DNA of 64,000 bases from Patescibacteria group bacterium (GTDB lineage Bacteria > Patescibacteriota > Minisyncoccia > Portnoybacterales > UBA2143), in the NCBI GenBank assembly GCA_018830295.1, contig JAHJSM010000001.1, positions 1,980 to 65,979 of the forward strand, given 5' to 3'. The position numbers and the translations under genes were made by a program. Shown here piece by piece: positions 9,369 to 18,188 of the stretch; the stretch's first letter is position 1; each line of letters starts with the position of its first letter. The notes beneath the pieces were generated by a model that saw only the letters and a program-made list of their open reading frames with translations, did no database searches and was not told the DNA's origin.

Positions 9369-9809
9369 TTATCTATTATCTATCTCTTTAATTTTACTCA
9401 ACCTCCTCTTATGCCTCTCTTCTCCGCTGAATTCTGTTTCTAGCCAGACGCGCGTAATTTTTTTAGCCGTTTCGGTGTCTAACGCTTTTCCCGCCAAGCA
9501 AAGGACATTCGTATCGTTATGCTCGCGCGATTGCAAGGCGGTAAAATCATCCCAGCAAACCGCCGCCCGAACCCCCGCAACTTTATTGGCGGCAATCGCC
9601 ATTCCCAACCCAGTGGAACAAATTAAAAGCCCCCTTCCTCCCGTTTCAGATACTTTCTTCCCCACGGCCAACGCAAAATCAGGATAATCATCCAAAGGAT
9701 CCAAATCCTTATTGCCTAAATCTTCAAACTCGTATCCTAATTCTAAAAGATATTTTTTAAGCTCTTCTTTTAAATAAAAGCCCGCGTGGTCACTGCCAAT
9801 GTAAAGCAT
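9369..9809 (-). CDS. rpiB: Ribose-5-phosphate isomerase B
   Basis: GSDHAG, DYPD, ICSTGLG..IAANK, REHND.NVL, RH..R. Confidence 0.95.
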   Translation of the reverse strand: MLYIGSDHAGFYLKEELKKYLLELGYEFEDLGNKDLDPLDDYPDFALAVGKKVSETGGRGLLICSTGLGMAIAANKVAGVRAAVCWDDFTALQSREHNDTNVLCLAGKALDTETAKKITRVWLETEFSGEERHKRRLSKIKEIDNR

Positions 9810-9825
9810 AATAATAAAAATTTAA

Positions 9826-10833
9826 TTATTTCCCTCCAATAAACGCCGCGAAATCCGCTAAACGACAGGCGTATCCCCACTCATTGTCATACCATGCCAA
9901 AACCTTAACCAAATTTTTTCCTTGAACCATTGTTGACGACGCATCTATAATCGCCGAATAGGAATCTTCTTTGTAGTCAATAGAAACCAAAGGCGCCTCT
10001 TCAACTCTCAAAATCCCTTTCCATTTTTCTTCCTCCGCCGCTTTTTTGAAAACCGCGTTCACTTCTTCAACACTCGTTTCTTTTTTAACCCGAGCCGTAA
10101 AATCAACTAAAGAAACGGTTGGAGTTGGAACGCGAATCGCCATCCCGTGTATTTTTCCTTTTAATTCCGGGATTGTTTTTGTCACGGCGATAGCCGCTCC
10201 CGTAGTCGTCGGGACTAAAGACAAAGCCGCCGCCCTCGCCCGACGCAAATCTTTATGCGGAGAATCAAGCAAGCGTTGGTCGTTGGTATAACTATGAATT
10301 GTCGTCATTAACCCCGTTTCTATTTCAAAATTGTCGTTCAAAATTTTTGCCACTGGCGCCAAACAATTGGTCGTGCAAGAACCCATGGAAACAACATCGT
10401 CTTTTCCAAAATCATATTTATCGCTATTAACGCCTAAGATAAAATGAGGAACTTCCGAACCCTTGCAAGGCGCGGAAATAATCGCTTTTTGGGCTCCCGC
10501 CGCAAGATGCTTTTGCCCGCCTTCTAAATTCGTAAAAAATCCCGTGCACTCCAAAACAACTTCCACGCCCAAGTCCTTCCAGGGAAGTTTGCTTGGGTCT
10601 CTTTCCGCCAAGACCTTGACCGCTTTGCCGCCGACAACTATGCCGCTCTCGGTAAAATCAATCTCTTTGTCGTAGATTCCATAAACAGAATCATACTTCA
10701 AAAGATGAGCCAATGTCTTCGTGTCTGTCAAATCATTAACAACAGAAATATCCAAATCAGGATATTTTTCCAAAATCCTCCGAAAAACCGCCCGCCCAAT
10801 CCGCCCAAAACCATTTATCGCAATTTTTGTCAT
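9826..10833 (-). CDS. gap: Type I glyceraldehyde-3-phosphate dehydrogenase
   Basis: INGFGRIGR, SCTTNCLAP, WYDNEWGY. Confidence 0.98.
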   Translation of the reverse strand: MTKIAINGFGRIGRAVFRRILEKYPDLDISVVNDLTDTKTLAHLLKYDSVYGIYDKEIDFTESGIVVGGKAVKVLAERDPSKLPWKDLGVEVVLECTGFFTNLEGGQKHLAAGAQKAIISAPCKGSEVPHFILGVNSDKYDFGKDDVVSMGSCTTNCLAPVAKILNDNFEIETGLMTTIHSYTNDQRLLDSPHKDLRRARAAALSLVPTTTGAAIAVTKTIPELKGKIHGMAIRVPTPTVSLVDFTARVKKETSVEEVNAVFKKAAEEEKWKGILRVEEAPLVSIDYKEDSYSAIIDASSTMVQGKNLVKVLAWYDNEWGYACRLADFAAFIGGK

Positions 10834-10847
10834 ATTTTTTTTATAAT

Positions 10848-11381
10848 TTAACCCTCAAATCCACCTGTCACCCAATCCATTTCATTTTGCCAATTTCTGC
10901 TTGGGCAGCTCCATCCAGAACTTTCTGGATGAGGCCTGCCGCTTGTTTCCATATCTACAACACCTAAAACGAAAAATGCTCCTCGGGAAGAATCACAGCC
11001 AGAACTTCCTGCGCCGTAGCGATAATATCTATATCCGCCGCAAGATGCTGTAGTTTTTGGATCTCCCGATACGCTCGCTATAATTCCAGCTGTTTCTAAT
11101 GGCAAAATGAAAGGATCTCCGCTCCCTGGTCCACCGTTATATCCCACATCCCAGCCGCCACAATCATTATCTGTATTTCCTGGATAAACGCCATTGCTGT
11201 CATAATACAAATTCAAACCAAGAATTATTTGTCGCATATCTGATAATCTTGTCGCGTCCCGGCTCTTCTTCCGCGCGCTATTAATGCTGACCAAAACAAT
11301 GCTCGCCAAAATCCCGATAATAGCGATAACGACGAGAAGTTCAATTAGAGTAAAACCTTTTTTGTTTTTGAGATATTTCAT
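10848..11381 (-). CDS. Type IV pilin-like protein (prepilin N-terminal methylation motif)
   Basis: KKGFTLIELLVVIAIIGILAS...AR.K.RD..R..D. Confidence 0.92.
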   Translation of the reverse strand: MKYLKNKKGFTLIELLVVIAIIGILASIVLVSINSARKKSRDATRLSDMRQIILGLNLYYDSNGVYPGNTDNDCGGWDVGYNGGPGSGDPFILPLETAGIIASVSGDPKTTASCGGYRYYRYGAGSSGCDSSRGAFFVLGVVDMETSGRPHPESSGWSCPSRNWQNEMDWVTGGFEG

Positions 11382-11389
11382 GCTAATTA

Positions 11390-11420
11390 GGGGGCTGCCC
11401 CCGCAACGGGGGCAGCCCCC
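11390..11420. repeat. REP-like palindrome type A
   Basis: GGGGGCTGCCCCC-GCAAC-GGGGGCAGCCCCC. Confidence 0.92.
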
Positions 11421-11428
11421 GTCTTAAA

Positions 11429-11683
11429 TTACAACCCTAATTTTTCAACAATCTTATCCCTGTCAAATCCGACGATCATTTCTCCGTTAATTTCAATCAC
11501 AGGCACGCCCATTTGTCCTGATTTTTCAATCATTTCCTCCCTCGCTTTTTCATCCTCCGCCACATTAATATGTTCGTACTGAACGCCTTTTTCGTCCAAA
11601 AACGCCCCCAAAGTTACGCAATATGGGCAAGATGGAGTGCTGAAAACTCTAACTTTATTTTGACTATTTGTATTGTTTTCCAT
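11429..11683 (-). CDS. Glutaredoxin / NrdH-redoxin family protein
   Basis: CPYC, SGQMGVPV, IVGFD; start moved to ATG 11683 (upstream part is a palindrome). Confidence 0.92.
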   Translation of the reverse strand: MENNTNSQNKVRVFSTPSCPYCVTLGAFLDEKGVQYEHINVAEDEKAREEMIEKSGQMGVPVIEINGEMIVGFDRDKIVEKLGL

Positions 11684-11695
11684 AATTTTAACACC

Positions 11696-11730
11696 GGGGA
11701 CAGTCCCCATTCAGAATGGGGACTGTCCCC
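11696..11730. repeat. REP-like palindrome type B
   Basis: GGGGACAGTCCCC-ATTCAGAAT-GGGGACTGTCCCC. Confidence 0.92.
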
Positions 11731-11747
11731 TTTTAATTACTGTCCCC

Positions 11748-12662
11748 TCACTCATTATTACTGATATACTTATACGCGCTTAACGCCGCTTTTGCCCCTT
11801 CGCCCGCCGCGATAATCATTTGTTTGTATAAGACCCCGCTCACATCTCCCGCGGCGAAAATATTAGGTCGCGAGGACGCGTTGCGTGAATTAATTTTTAT
11901 CTCGCCCCACTCATTTAATTCTACCACATTTTTAACTAAAGAGGAATTGGGGATAGAACCGATTGCGACAAAAATCCCTTCCACCGACATTTCTTTCATT
12001 TCTTCGGAAGCGCCGTTCTGATAAACCAAGCCGCTCACAAATTTATCCCCCTTTATTTCCTGAACCGTCGCGCCCGTCATAATCTCAATTTTGTCCGACT
12101 TTTCAAGCCGCTCCTGGAGAACCTCATCCGCCCTTAAAACCGAACGCGCCAAAAGATAGACCTTAGAAGCGTAAACAGCCGCCTCCAAAGCCGTATTCGC
12201 CGCCGAATTGCCCCCGCCAATCACAGCGACTTCTTTATCTTTAAACATGGGCGCGTCGCAGGTCGCGCAGAAAACAATTCCCTTCCCGATAAATTTTTCC
12301 TCATTTGGAAGACCCAATCTTTTTGGCGTTCTGCCCGTCGCAATAATAAGCGCCCTTCCCTCATAAGAACCGTCTTCCGTTTCCACCTCAACCGTCAATC
12401 CGTTATCCACAAGCAAGACATTTTTAACCCCCAAACCTTCTTTAATTTCTATTTCGTTTTTTTTCAACTGCCCAACCATCCTCTCAACCAATTCCGCGCC
12501 AGAGACCGGTTCAACCCCCGCGTAATTCTCAACCAAAGGCGCCAAGGCCGCCTGCCCGCCCCAACTCTTGGCAATCAAAAGCGTCTTCATTTTTTTCCGA
12601 GCCGCATAAATCCCCGCCGAAATAGCAGCCGGCCCCCCACCGATAATAATTAAATCATACAT
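11748..12662 (-). CDS. trxB: Thioredoxin reductase-like FAD oxidoreductase
   Basis: GGGPAA, CATCD, GGGNSA, FAAGDV. Confidence 0.9.
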   Translation of the reverse strand: MYDLIIIGGGPAAISAGIYAARKKMKTLLIAKSWGGQAALAPLVENYAGVEPVSGAELVERMVGQLKKNEIEIKEGLGVKNVLLVDNGLTVEVETEDGSYEGRALIIATGRTPKRLGLPNEEKFIGKGIVFCATCDAPMFKDKEVAVIGGGNSAANTALEAAVYASKVYLLARSVLRADEVLQERLEKSDKIEIMTGATVQEIKGDKFVSGLVYQNGASEEMKEMSVEGIFVAIGSIPNSSLVKNVVELNEWGEIKINSRNASSRPNIFAAGDVSGVLYKQMIIAAGEGAKAALSAYKYISNNE

Positions 12663-12673
12663 AAGGTTATTTA

Positions 12674-13165
12674 CTATTTTAATTGGTTTTCTTTTGTTAA
12701 ATCAATCTTTAACTGATCAACCACCACAACTTTACTTTTTTCAAAAATATTCATCAAATTAGAATATTCTTTAAATAAATCCGGTGTATTAATGTTTTTA
12801 TAATCAAATTGAATTTGTAAATACTTGTCTTTTTGAATTTGTTCAATAAAATTATCAAAGTTGAAATCAACAACAGGATACAGGGTTTTATTAAAATCTA
12901 CAAATCCATACATTCTTATATTTAATTTGCCTTTTAATTTATCGAATAATTCTAAACTGAATGTTTTTGAATTTACAATAAAAACAAAATAAATTTCATT
13001 ATTATACAAACCAATTTCGCAAAAATCTGTTGTAATTGTTGGTAAATCTTCTTTAATCAGATTTCCATTATTATCATAATTATTTTTCGTATATTCTAAT
13101 TTAGAAACAAATTCCTTATTCTTGATCAGTATTTTGCGAAATTGGTTCAAGTCTTCAATGTTCAT
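12674..13165 (-). CDS. AT-rich hypothetical protein
   Basis: 163-aa ORF, no motif recognised. Confidence 0.55.
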   Translation of the reverse strand: MNIEDLNQFRKILIKNKEFVSKLEYTKNNYDNNGNLIKEDLPTITTDFCEIGLYNNEIYFVFIVNSKTFSLELFDKLKGKLNIRMYGFVDFNKTLYPVVDFNFDNFIEQIQKDKYLQIQFDYKNINTPDLFKEYSNLMNIFEKSKVVVVDQLKIDLTKENQLK

Positions 13166-13365
13166 ATATAAATTTATTCTATTATAAACTCTGTCGGCTA
13201 TCCTATAGCCGACCTACATCGCGGGTTGTAAAATTTTGACTTCATAGCGCAATCTTTCGGATAGTTGTTCCGCAATGTTAAACCCCCGAGGTCTAACACC
13301 TCACCTTATCTGTGTATAAATAGATATTGACAATAACAGTTATTTTGATACAATATAGTTAATCA

Positions 13366-14253
13366 CTACGAAAAAGACCCTGATGCGGTTTCGTCCGCAT
13401 TGGGGGCTTTTTTGTTTTCAAGCATTTTTTTATCTTGCGGTTGTTTTAAATAATTTCTTTTTGTTGATACTTGTTTGCCTGTCCTTCTTTCAATGTCTTT
13501 TCTGGTTGACCCAGCCACTTCTCCACCTTCGTTGGCATCCTTTTTTAATGGAATAAATCCTTTTGAATTTCTGTCCTTGGTTATTTTAGTTGTTGTCGCT
13601 TCGCCTAACATGGTTAAAATCAACTCTAAATCTTCCATGTGGTCTCTTAAATTCTCTCTTTTTAATTTCTTAAACTTTTTATATTCCGATGGCGTCATGC
13701 CAAAAGTCGCTTTTGAAATTTCTGCTGTTAAAATCTCATATTCTTTTTGCTGTTTAACGCCCCGTTTCTGCCATTCATCAGTCAATGTATCGCGAACTTC
13801 AATCCCACGCATTCTTTTGGCAATCCATGAATCAGAATATCCCTTTGCTTTGTATAAAAATCTTGTTCTTTTGGTCGCCAATTCAGGGTCCTCAATTTCC
13901 TGAATTCTTTCATAGCCAACTCGCGCCAGCCATCGTTTGAAAGGTTCTGCTTTTGGAGAAGGGATAGATTGAACAATACGCAAAATCCCTTCGGCATTGG
14001 CGCAATTCAACTTTTGCTTGCCGCCAGCCGTATTTATGGAAAGGGGGGTGGCAATTTGCCCCCACCCTTTGTTTAATTCTAAGTCGCGCCTGCGCATATC
14101 TTTCAAATATCCATCGGACTGAACAGAATCAGTTAATACAGCCACCACATCAACAATCGCAAACCACCATTCATTATTATGAATAATTTTTCTAATCTCT
14201 TTCTTGTGGAAAATTGCTATTTGGGTTGTAGTTTTTATTTTTTTCTTAGGCAT
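13366..14253 (-). CDS. Bro-N domain-containing protein
   Basis: IR....EWWFAIVDVV.VLT, RIVQSIPSPKAEPFK.WLA, NLRDHM. Confidence 0.88.
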   Translation of the reverse strand: MPKKKIKTTTQIAIFHKKEIRKIIHNNEWWFAIVDVVAVLTDSVQSDGYLKDMRRRDLELNKGWGQIATPLSINTAGGKQKLNCANAEGILRIVQSIPSPKAEPFKRWLARVGYERIQEIEDPELATKRTRFLYKAKGYSDSWIAKRMRGIEVRDTLTDEWQKRGVKQQKEYEILTAEISKATFGMTPSEYKKFKKLKRENLRDHMEDLELILTMLGEATTTKITKDRNSKGFIPLKKDANEGGEVAGSTRKDIERRTGKQVSTKRNYLKQPQDKKMLENKKAPNADETASGSFS

Positions 14254-14268
14254 AATTTATGGCAAAAA

Positions 14269-15036
14269 TTATCCTTTATTCGCTAAATTTATACTTTCCT
14301 GCGTATATTTTTTTAAATAATTAATTTGTTTTTTATTTAAGAACTCGCAAGCGAATTCCCAGTGGAAGGAAACCCATTGACCAATTCGCGGCTCTTTGAT
14401 AAAACCGTCTTGATTCATCTCAAATAAAATTTTTTGCGGAATTAAATTCCCAAGTTTTAACTCATCTTTTTCCAAAATCAACGGCTGATATTCCACTTCC
14501 AAATACGGCTTTTTAATTTTCTTAATTTTCCCCCAACTAATCCGACATAAATCCATCGTGCTTAATGTGTGCGCGACATCTAAATTTCCCGTCCGTTTCC
14601 AAACATTAAAAACATGAAAACTATGATGCGGCTTGGCGCCCAAGGGAATCTTGCTAACCGTTTGCTTAAATAATTTAGGGTTTAATTTTTTCTTAAGTTG
14701 CTGCTCGTCAATTAAATGATGATACAACGCCGATTTATCAATATTTTCCAAAAGTTGATTGCCGATCCAATACGCTTCAATTACTCTTTCGTCAAAAGGA
14801 TCTCTAATCTGATTAGCGCGCGCGATTAATTCCAAATACGGATAAAGCGTTTGAAATTTTTCTAAAATTAAATTTAATCCCCCGTCAACCTCTCCTGTCT
14901 GGCAATAATAGAGCAAGTCCCTGTTTTTATCCGGCCCGCAAAAACTTAATTTGTTGGGCATAAAAGCGTATCGCGCGCATCTTAAAATTCCTTCGCAATT
15001 AAGCGACAATCGCTGATTTTCTTTCTTTTCCAACAT
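14269..15036 (-). CDS. DUF6390-like protein (hydrogenase-cluster associated)
   Basis: RYAF.PN.L.FCGP, LYPYL.LIA, VIEAYWIGN, PHHSFHV, CRISWG, HW motifs; family name from recall. Confidence 0.75.
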   Translation of the reverse strand: MLEKKENQRLSLNCEGILRCARYAFMPNKLSFCGPDKNRDLLYYCQTGEVDGGLNLILEKFQTLYPYLELIARANQIRDPFDERVIEAYWIGNQLLENIDKSALYHHLIDEQQLKKKLNPKLFKQTVSKIPLGAKPHHSFHVFNVWKRTGNLDVAHTLSTMDLCRISWGKIKKIKKPYLEVEYQPLILEKDELKLGNLIPQKILFEMNQDGFIKEPRIGQWVSFHWEFACEFLNKKQINYLKKYTQESINLANKG

Positions 15037-15895
15037 AAAAGTAGATTATTCCGAGCGCCGTAAAAATCAAAGAAATACCTAAAATCTGATTAACCGCCAA
15101 ACTTCCGCCCAAAAACAAAACTGACAGCAGTGTTGTAATCGGACTCGCCAAAAGCAGAATTGTCGCCGCGACGGAAACTTTGACATATTTCAATCCAGTA
15201 TACCATGTCGCGACATACCCAAAAAGCAAAACTGCCGTGATCATAACCCATCCCGTTTGTTCTAAATTTAAAGAGCCAAGCGAACTAAATTGTCCCGTCG
15301 CCAGCAAGAAGAGAATAATAAAAATTGAGCCAAAAAACATTCTTCCCCATATAACAATTCTTGCGGGAAGTTCTTTGAGCAGATGCTTGCTTAAAACATT
15401 TTCAGAAGCCCAAAGCAAGGTCGCTAAAAAAATGAGCAAGTCGCCATATCCAAATTGATGGGGTAATATTTTCAAGAGAAAAATGTTGCCTAAAAACAAA
15501 AGTAATCCGCCAATTAAAAAATTTTTGCTAATTTTTTCTTTCAAAAAAACAACCGCTAAAAGAGCGACAAAAACAAACATCGTTTTGTGGATAAAAGCGG
15601 CTTGTATCGGAGCGGTTAAAGACAATCCTTTAAAGTATAAAAGAAAAGGAATTGAGCCGCCGACCAATCCAACCGCCAAAAGCGAGAGCCATTGCGTTTT
15701 CCCGAGCTCTTTTAAAACACGCCAGTCCTTCATCATTAAAAGCCAGCAAACAACCAACAAGGCGACAATAATATTTTTTAGTCCCGTGAAAATATACGGG
15801 TTAACCACACTCACGCCAAACTTGCTAATAAAGACAACCCCACCCGAAATAAATGCTGTAATTAAAATTAAAAGAAACCCTTTGTTTTTGTTCAT
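14999..15895 (-). CDS. DMT/EamA family transporter
   Basis: About 10 TM helices in two repeats; FLKEKI motif. Confidence 0.88.
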   Translation of the reverse strand: MNKNKGFLLILITAFISGGVVFISKFGVSVVNPYIFTGLKNIIVALLVVCWLLMMKDWRVLKELGKTQWLSLLAVGLVGGSIPFLLYFKGLSLTAPIQAAFIHKTMFVFVALLAVVFLKEKISKNFLIGGLLLFLGNIFLLKILPHQFGYGDLLIFLATLLWASENVLSKHLLKELPARIVIWGRMFFGSIFIILFLLATGQFSSLGSLNLEQTGWVMITAVLLFGYVATWYTGLKYVKVSVAATILLLASPITTLLSVLFLGGSLAVNQILGISLIFTALGIIYFYVGKERKSAIVA

Positions 15896-15901
15896 ATTTG
15901 T

Positions 15902-15909
15902 ATTATAAT
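15902..15909. promoter_or_regulatory. Overlapping divergent -10 boxes (ATTATAAT) for eamA and hypC
   Basis: TATAAT on both strands, each exactly 6 nt from an ATG (15895 minus, 15916 plus). Confidence 0.7.
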
Positions 15910-15915
15910 ATTTTT

Positions 15916-16146
15916 ATGTGTTTAGCTATTCCAAGCAAGGTTGTTAAAATTGAAGGAAAATGGGCGAATGTCCAAGCGGGCGACCATCAACATCGGGTTG
16001 ATTTGAGTTTGCTTAAAAATGTAAAAGTCGGCGATTATATTTTCATCCACGACGAACTGGCAATTAACAAAATTCCCAAGACCGAAGCGAAGAAAATCCT
16101 GAAAATGATAAAAGACCATACTCATACCTGCGACCATCATCATTAA
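15916..16146 (+). CDS. hypC: Hydrogenase maturation chaperone HypC/HupF
   Basis: MCLAIP start, VGDYIFIH; His-rich tail DHTHTCDHHH. Confidence 0.93.
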   Translation: MCLAIPSKVVKIEGKWANVQAGDHQHRVDLSLLKNVKVGDYIFIHDELAINKIPKTEAKKILKMIKDHTHTCDHHH

Positions 16147-17348
16147 TGCGCTGAACAACTAATACAGGGATCGTACGCCCTGACTAACATTGTCAACAAT
16201 TTCTCCATCTCTTCTCGCGATTTATTTTTCGTTTGTCCCAAAAGCGCCTTGGCGCTTTTTTCAATTGATGTCAAATTCTGAACCGTCGGCGTAATAATGT
16301 TGGCGTAAATAATATCGTTATCCTGACTCAAATGAACCTCATGATAAAGCCCGCCTCGCGGCGCCTCCGTAGAACCAATCCCCTTTAATGACGGATTGGA
16401 TGATTGTTTAATCGCTTCAGCGTTAATTTTCATTTCAAGCAATTTTTCAACAATTTCTATCGCTTTTTGGTGGTAATAAAGGGTCTCAATCGCTTGGGCG
16501 ATATTATTATGAAAAGGATTGGCAAAATCTATTTTTTCGCCCCTTTTAATTTTTTCGTTAACCGCCAAGCGCGCCAAAGAACCGACTAGGGTTTCTTCGC
16601 CTTTGTATTTGCTGAATTTAGCGGTTGAATATTCTCTGACTTCTTCTTCTATGTTTTTTTTGTAATCCGTAATGAGCGACTTGTCTTTCTTCTCTATATC
16701 TGTTGAAGAAACTGCAATAATATATTCCCCTTCTTGAGCGGCCAATTTCAAATCCACTTTTAATTCGGGATACTCAATCCCTTCAAAAATCTGAATTGTT
16801 TTTCGCGCCGCGTCTTCGGTCTCTTTTAATTTTTTGAGAAGAACTTTCAGAGCGGATTTGGTCGGGACTTTATGAAAACCGCCAATTGTGGTCGTAGTCG
16901 GATGAACAATTCGCCCGCCGACAATTTGAACAATTTTATCGGAAACCTCTTTCAGCGATAAAGCGTCCTTAAAAGCGGCTGGATTTTTTGGAGCCAATTC
17001 AGTCGCTCGGTCAATGCCGATATAATCAGGCAAAACCAAAAAGAAAAGATGAAGTACATGACTCTGAATCATCTGTCCGCATTGCATTAAATCGCGCAAA
17101 AGAACGGTCGTTTTGCTCGGCTTAATTCCCAAAGCGTTTTCAATCGCGTTCAAAGAAGCCAAATTATGAGCGGTCGGACAAACGCCGCAAATCCGCGGAG
17201 TAATCCACGCCATTTCTTCGGCTGTTCTGCCAACCAAGATTCCCTCAAAAAGCCGCTCTCCCTCAAAAATATTGAGTTTGACCTCGCCCGCGTCCCAATC
17301 AATATTCAAATTCCCATGCCCCTCAATTTTCGCGATAAAATTTTGCAT
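16143..17348 (-). CDS. Group 3b [NiFe]-hydrogenase large (alpha) subunit
   Basis: KIEGHG, L1 PRICGVCPTAH, EAPRGGLYH, L2 RAYDPCISCSAH. Confidence 0.93.
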   Translation of the reverse strand: MQNFIAKIEGHGNLNIDWDAGEVKLNIFEGERLFEGILVGRTAEEMAWITPRICGVCPTAHNLASLNAIENALGIKPSKTTVLLRDLMQCGQMIQSHVLHLFFLVLPDYIGIDRATELAPKNPAAFKDALSLKEVSDKIVQIVGGRIVHPTTTTIGGFHKVPTKSALKVLLKKLKETEDAARKTIQIFEGIEYPELKVDLKLAAQEGEYIIAVSSTDIEKKDKSLITDYKKNIEEEVREYSTAKFSKYKGEETLVGSLARLAVNEKIKRGEKIDFANPFHNNIAQAIETLYYHQKAIEIVEKLLEMKINAEAIKQSSNPSLKGIGSTEAPRGGLYHEVHLSQDNDIIYANIITPTVQNLTSIEKSAKALLGQTKNKSREEMEKLLTMLVRAYDPCISCSAH

Positions 17349-17441
17349 TTTTAAAAATAAGTATTCTGAAATTTATGAGCGTGTTGGGAGCCCTTTGGGC
17401 TAAAACGCGAAAAAATTTAGAATACGAAGTTTTTGTTTGTT

Positions 17442-18188
17442 TTATTCCTGATCTACTTTATTTAAGAACATACTAAAATATCTCTCAATTTCTTTTTTGT
17501 CCGTGATATTATTTAAAATTTTTAATAAAGCGTCAATATTCGCGTCCTCGCGTAAGCCAAAGCAACCATAACAGGGCGAACCGCCGTTGACGCAAACAGC
17601 CCCGCATCCGCCTTGGGTAATCGGTCCTAAACAAGGTTTCTCGTCTATAAGACGGCAAGGATTGCCCGCCTGCTTACATTCAAAACAAACCGAATAGCCG
17701 CGATAAGACGGCTTTTTCCCGCTTAATAATTCTTCCACTGTTCTGACTAATTCGCTTTCTTCAATCGGACAGCCGTGAATTAAAAAATCAACATGGATAT
17801 AGGCGCTTAATGGCAAGGCGTCAATTCCTCTCGGCTTGTATTTTTCTCCGTAAATTTTCTTGCACCATTTCTCCCTCTCGCTCTTTTCCATAATCGCCGG
17901 AATACCGCCCAGGGTGGCGCAACTTCCCAACCCAATCAAAAACTTTGATTTCTCGCGCAATGATTTAATTAAATCAATCTCTTCTTGCGTAATCGGCGCT
18001 CCTTCAATGAGCGTCACATCAAATGGCCCGTCTTCTTTCCGCTCCTGCCCCAAACGCCAGTCAACAATATCAATTCTTTTTTCCAAAACCAAAAGTTTCT
18101 CCCTTAAAGAGACGATTTTCACCTCACACCCCTCGCAATCAGTCAGGTCGTAAATAGCAACTCTTGGATTTGAATTTTTTTTAGTCAT
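17442..18188 (-). CDS. Group 3b [NiFe]-hydrogenase small (delta) subunit
   Basis: DCEGC, GSCA..GG, HGCP, VCFEC, CLGP...GC...C......CYGC; start moved to MTKKNS. Confidence 0.92.
   Translation of the reverse strand: MTKKNSNPRVAIYDLTDCEGCEVKIVSLREKLLVLEKRIDIVDWRLGQERKEDGPFDVTLIEGAPITQEEIDLIKSLREKSKFLIGLGSCATLGGIPAIMEKSEREKWCKKIYGEKYKPRGIDALPLSAYIHVDFLIHGCPIEESELVRTVEELLSGKKPSYRGYSVCFECKQAGNPCRLIDEKPCLGPITQGGCGAVCVNGGSPCYGCFGLREDANIDALLKILNNITDKKEIERYFSMFLNKVDQE

Noticed and set aside
13190-13310. Integron attC site
   Set aside because: GTTAGAC and GTTTAAC cores are present but not in the RYYYAAC...GTTRRRY order with paired boxes; no integrase.
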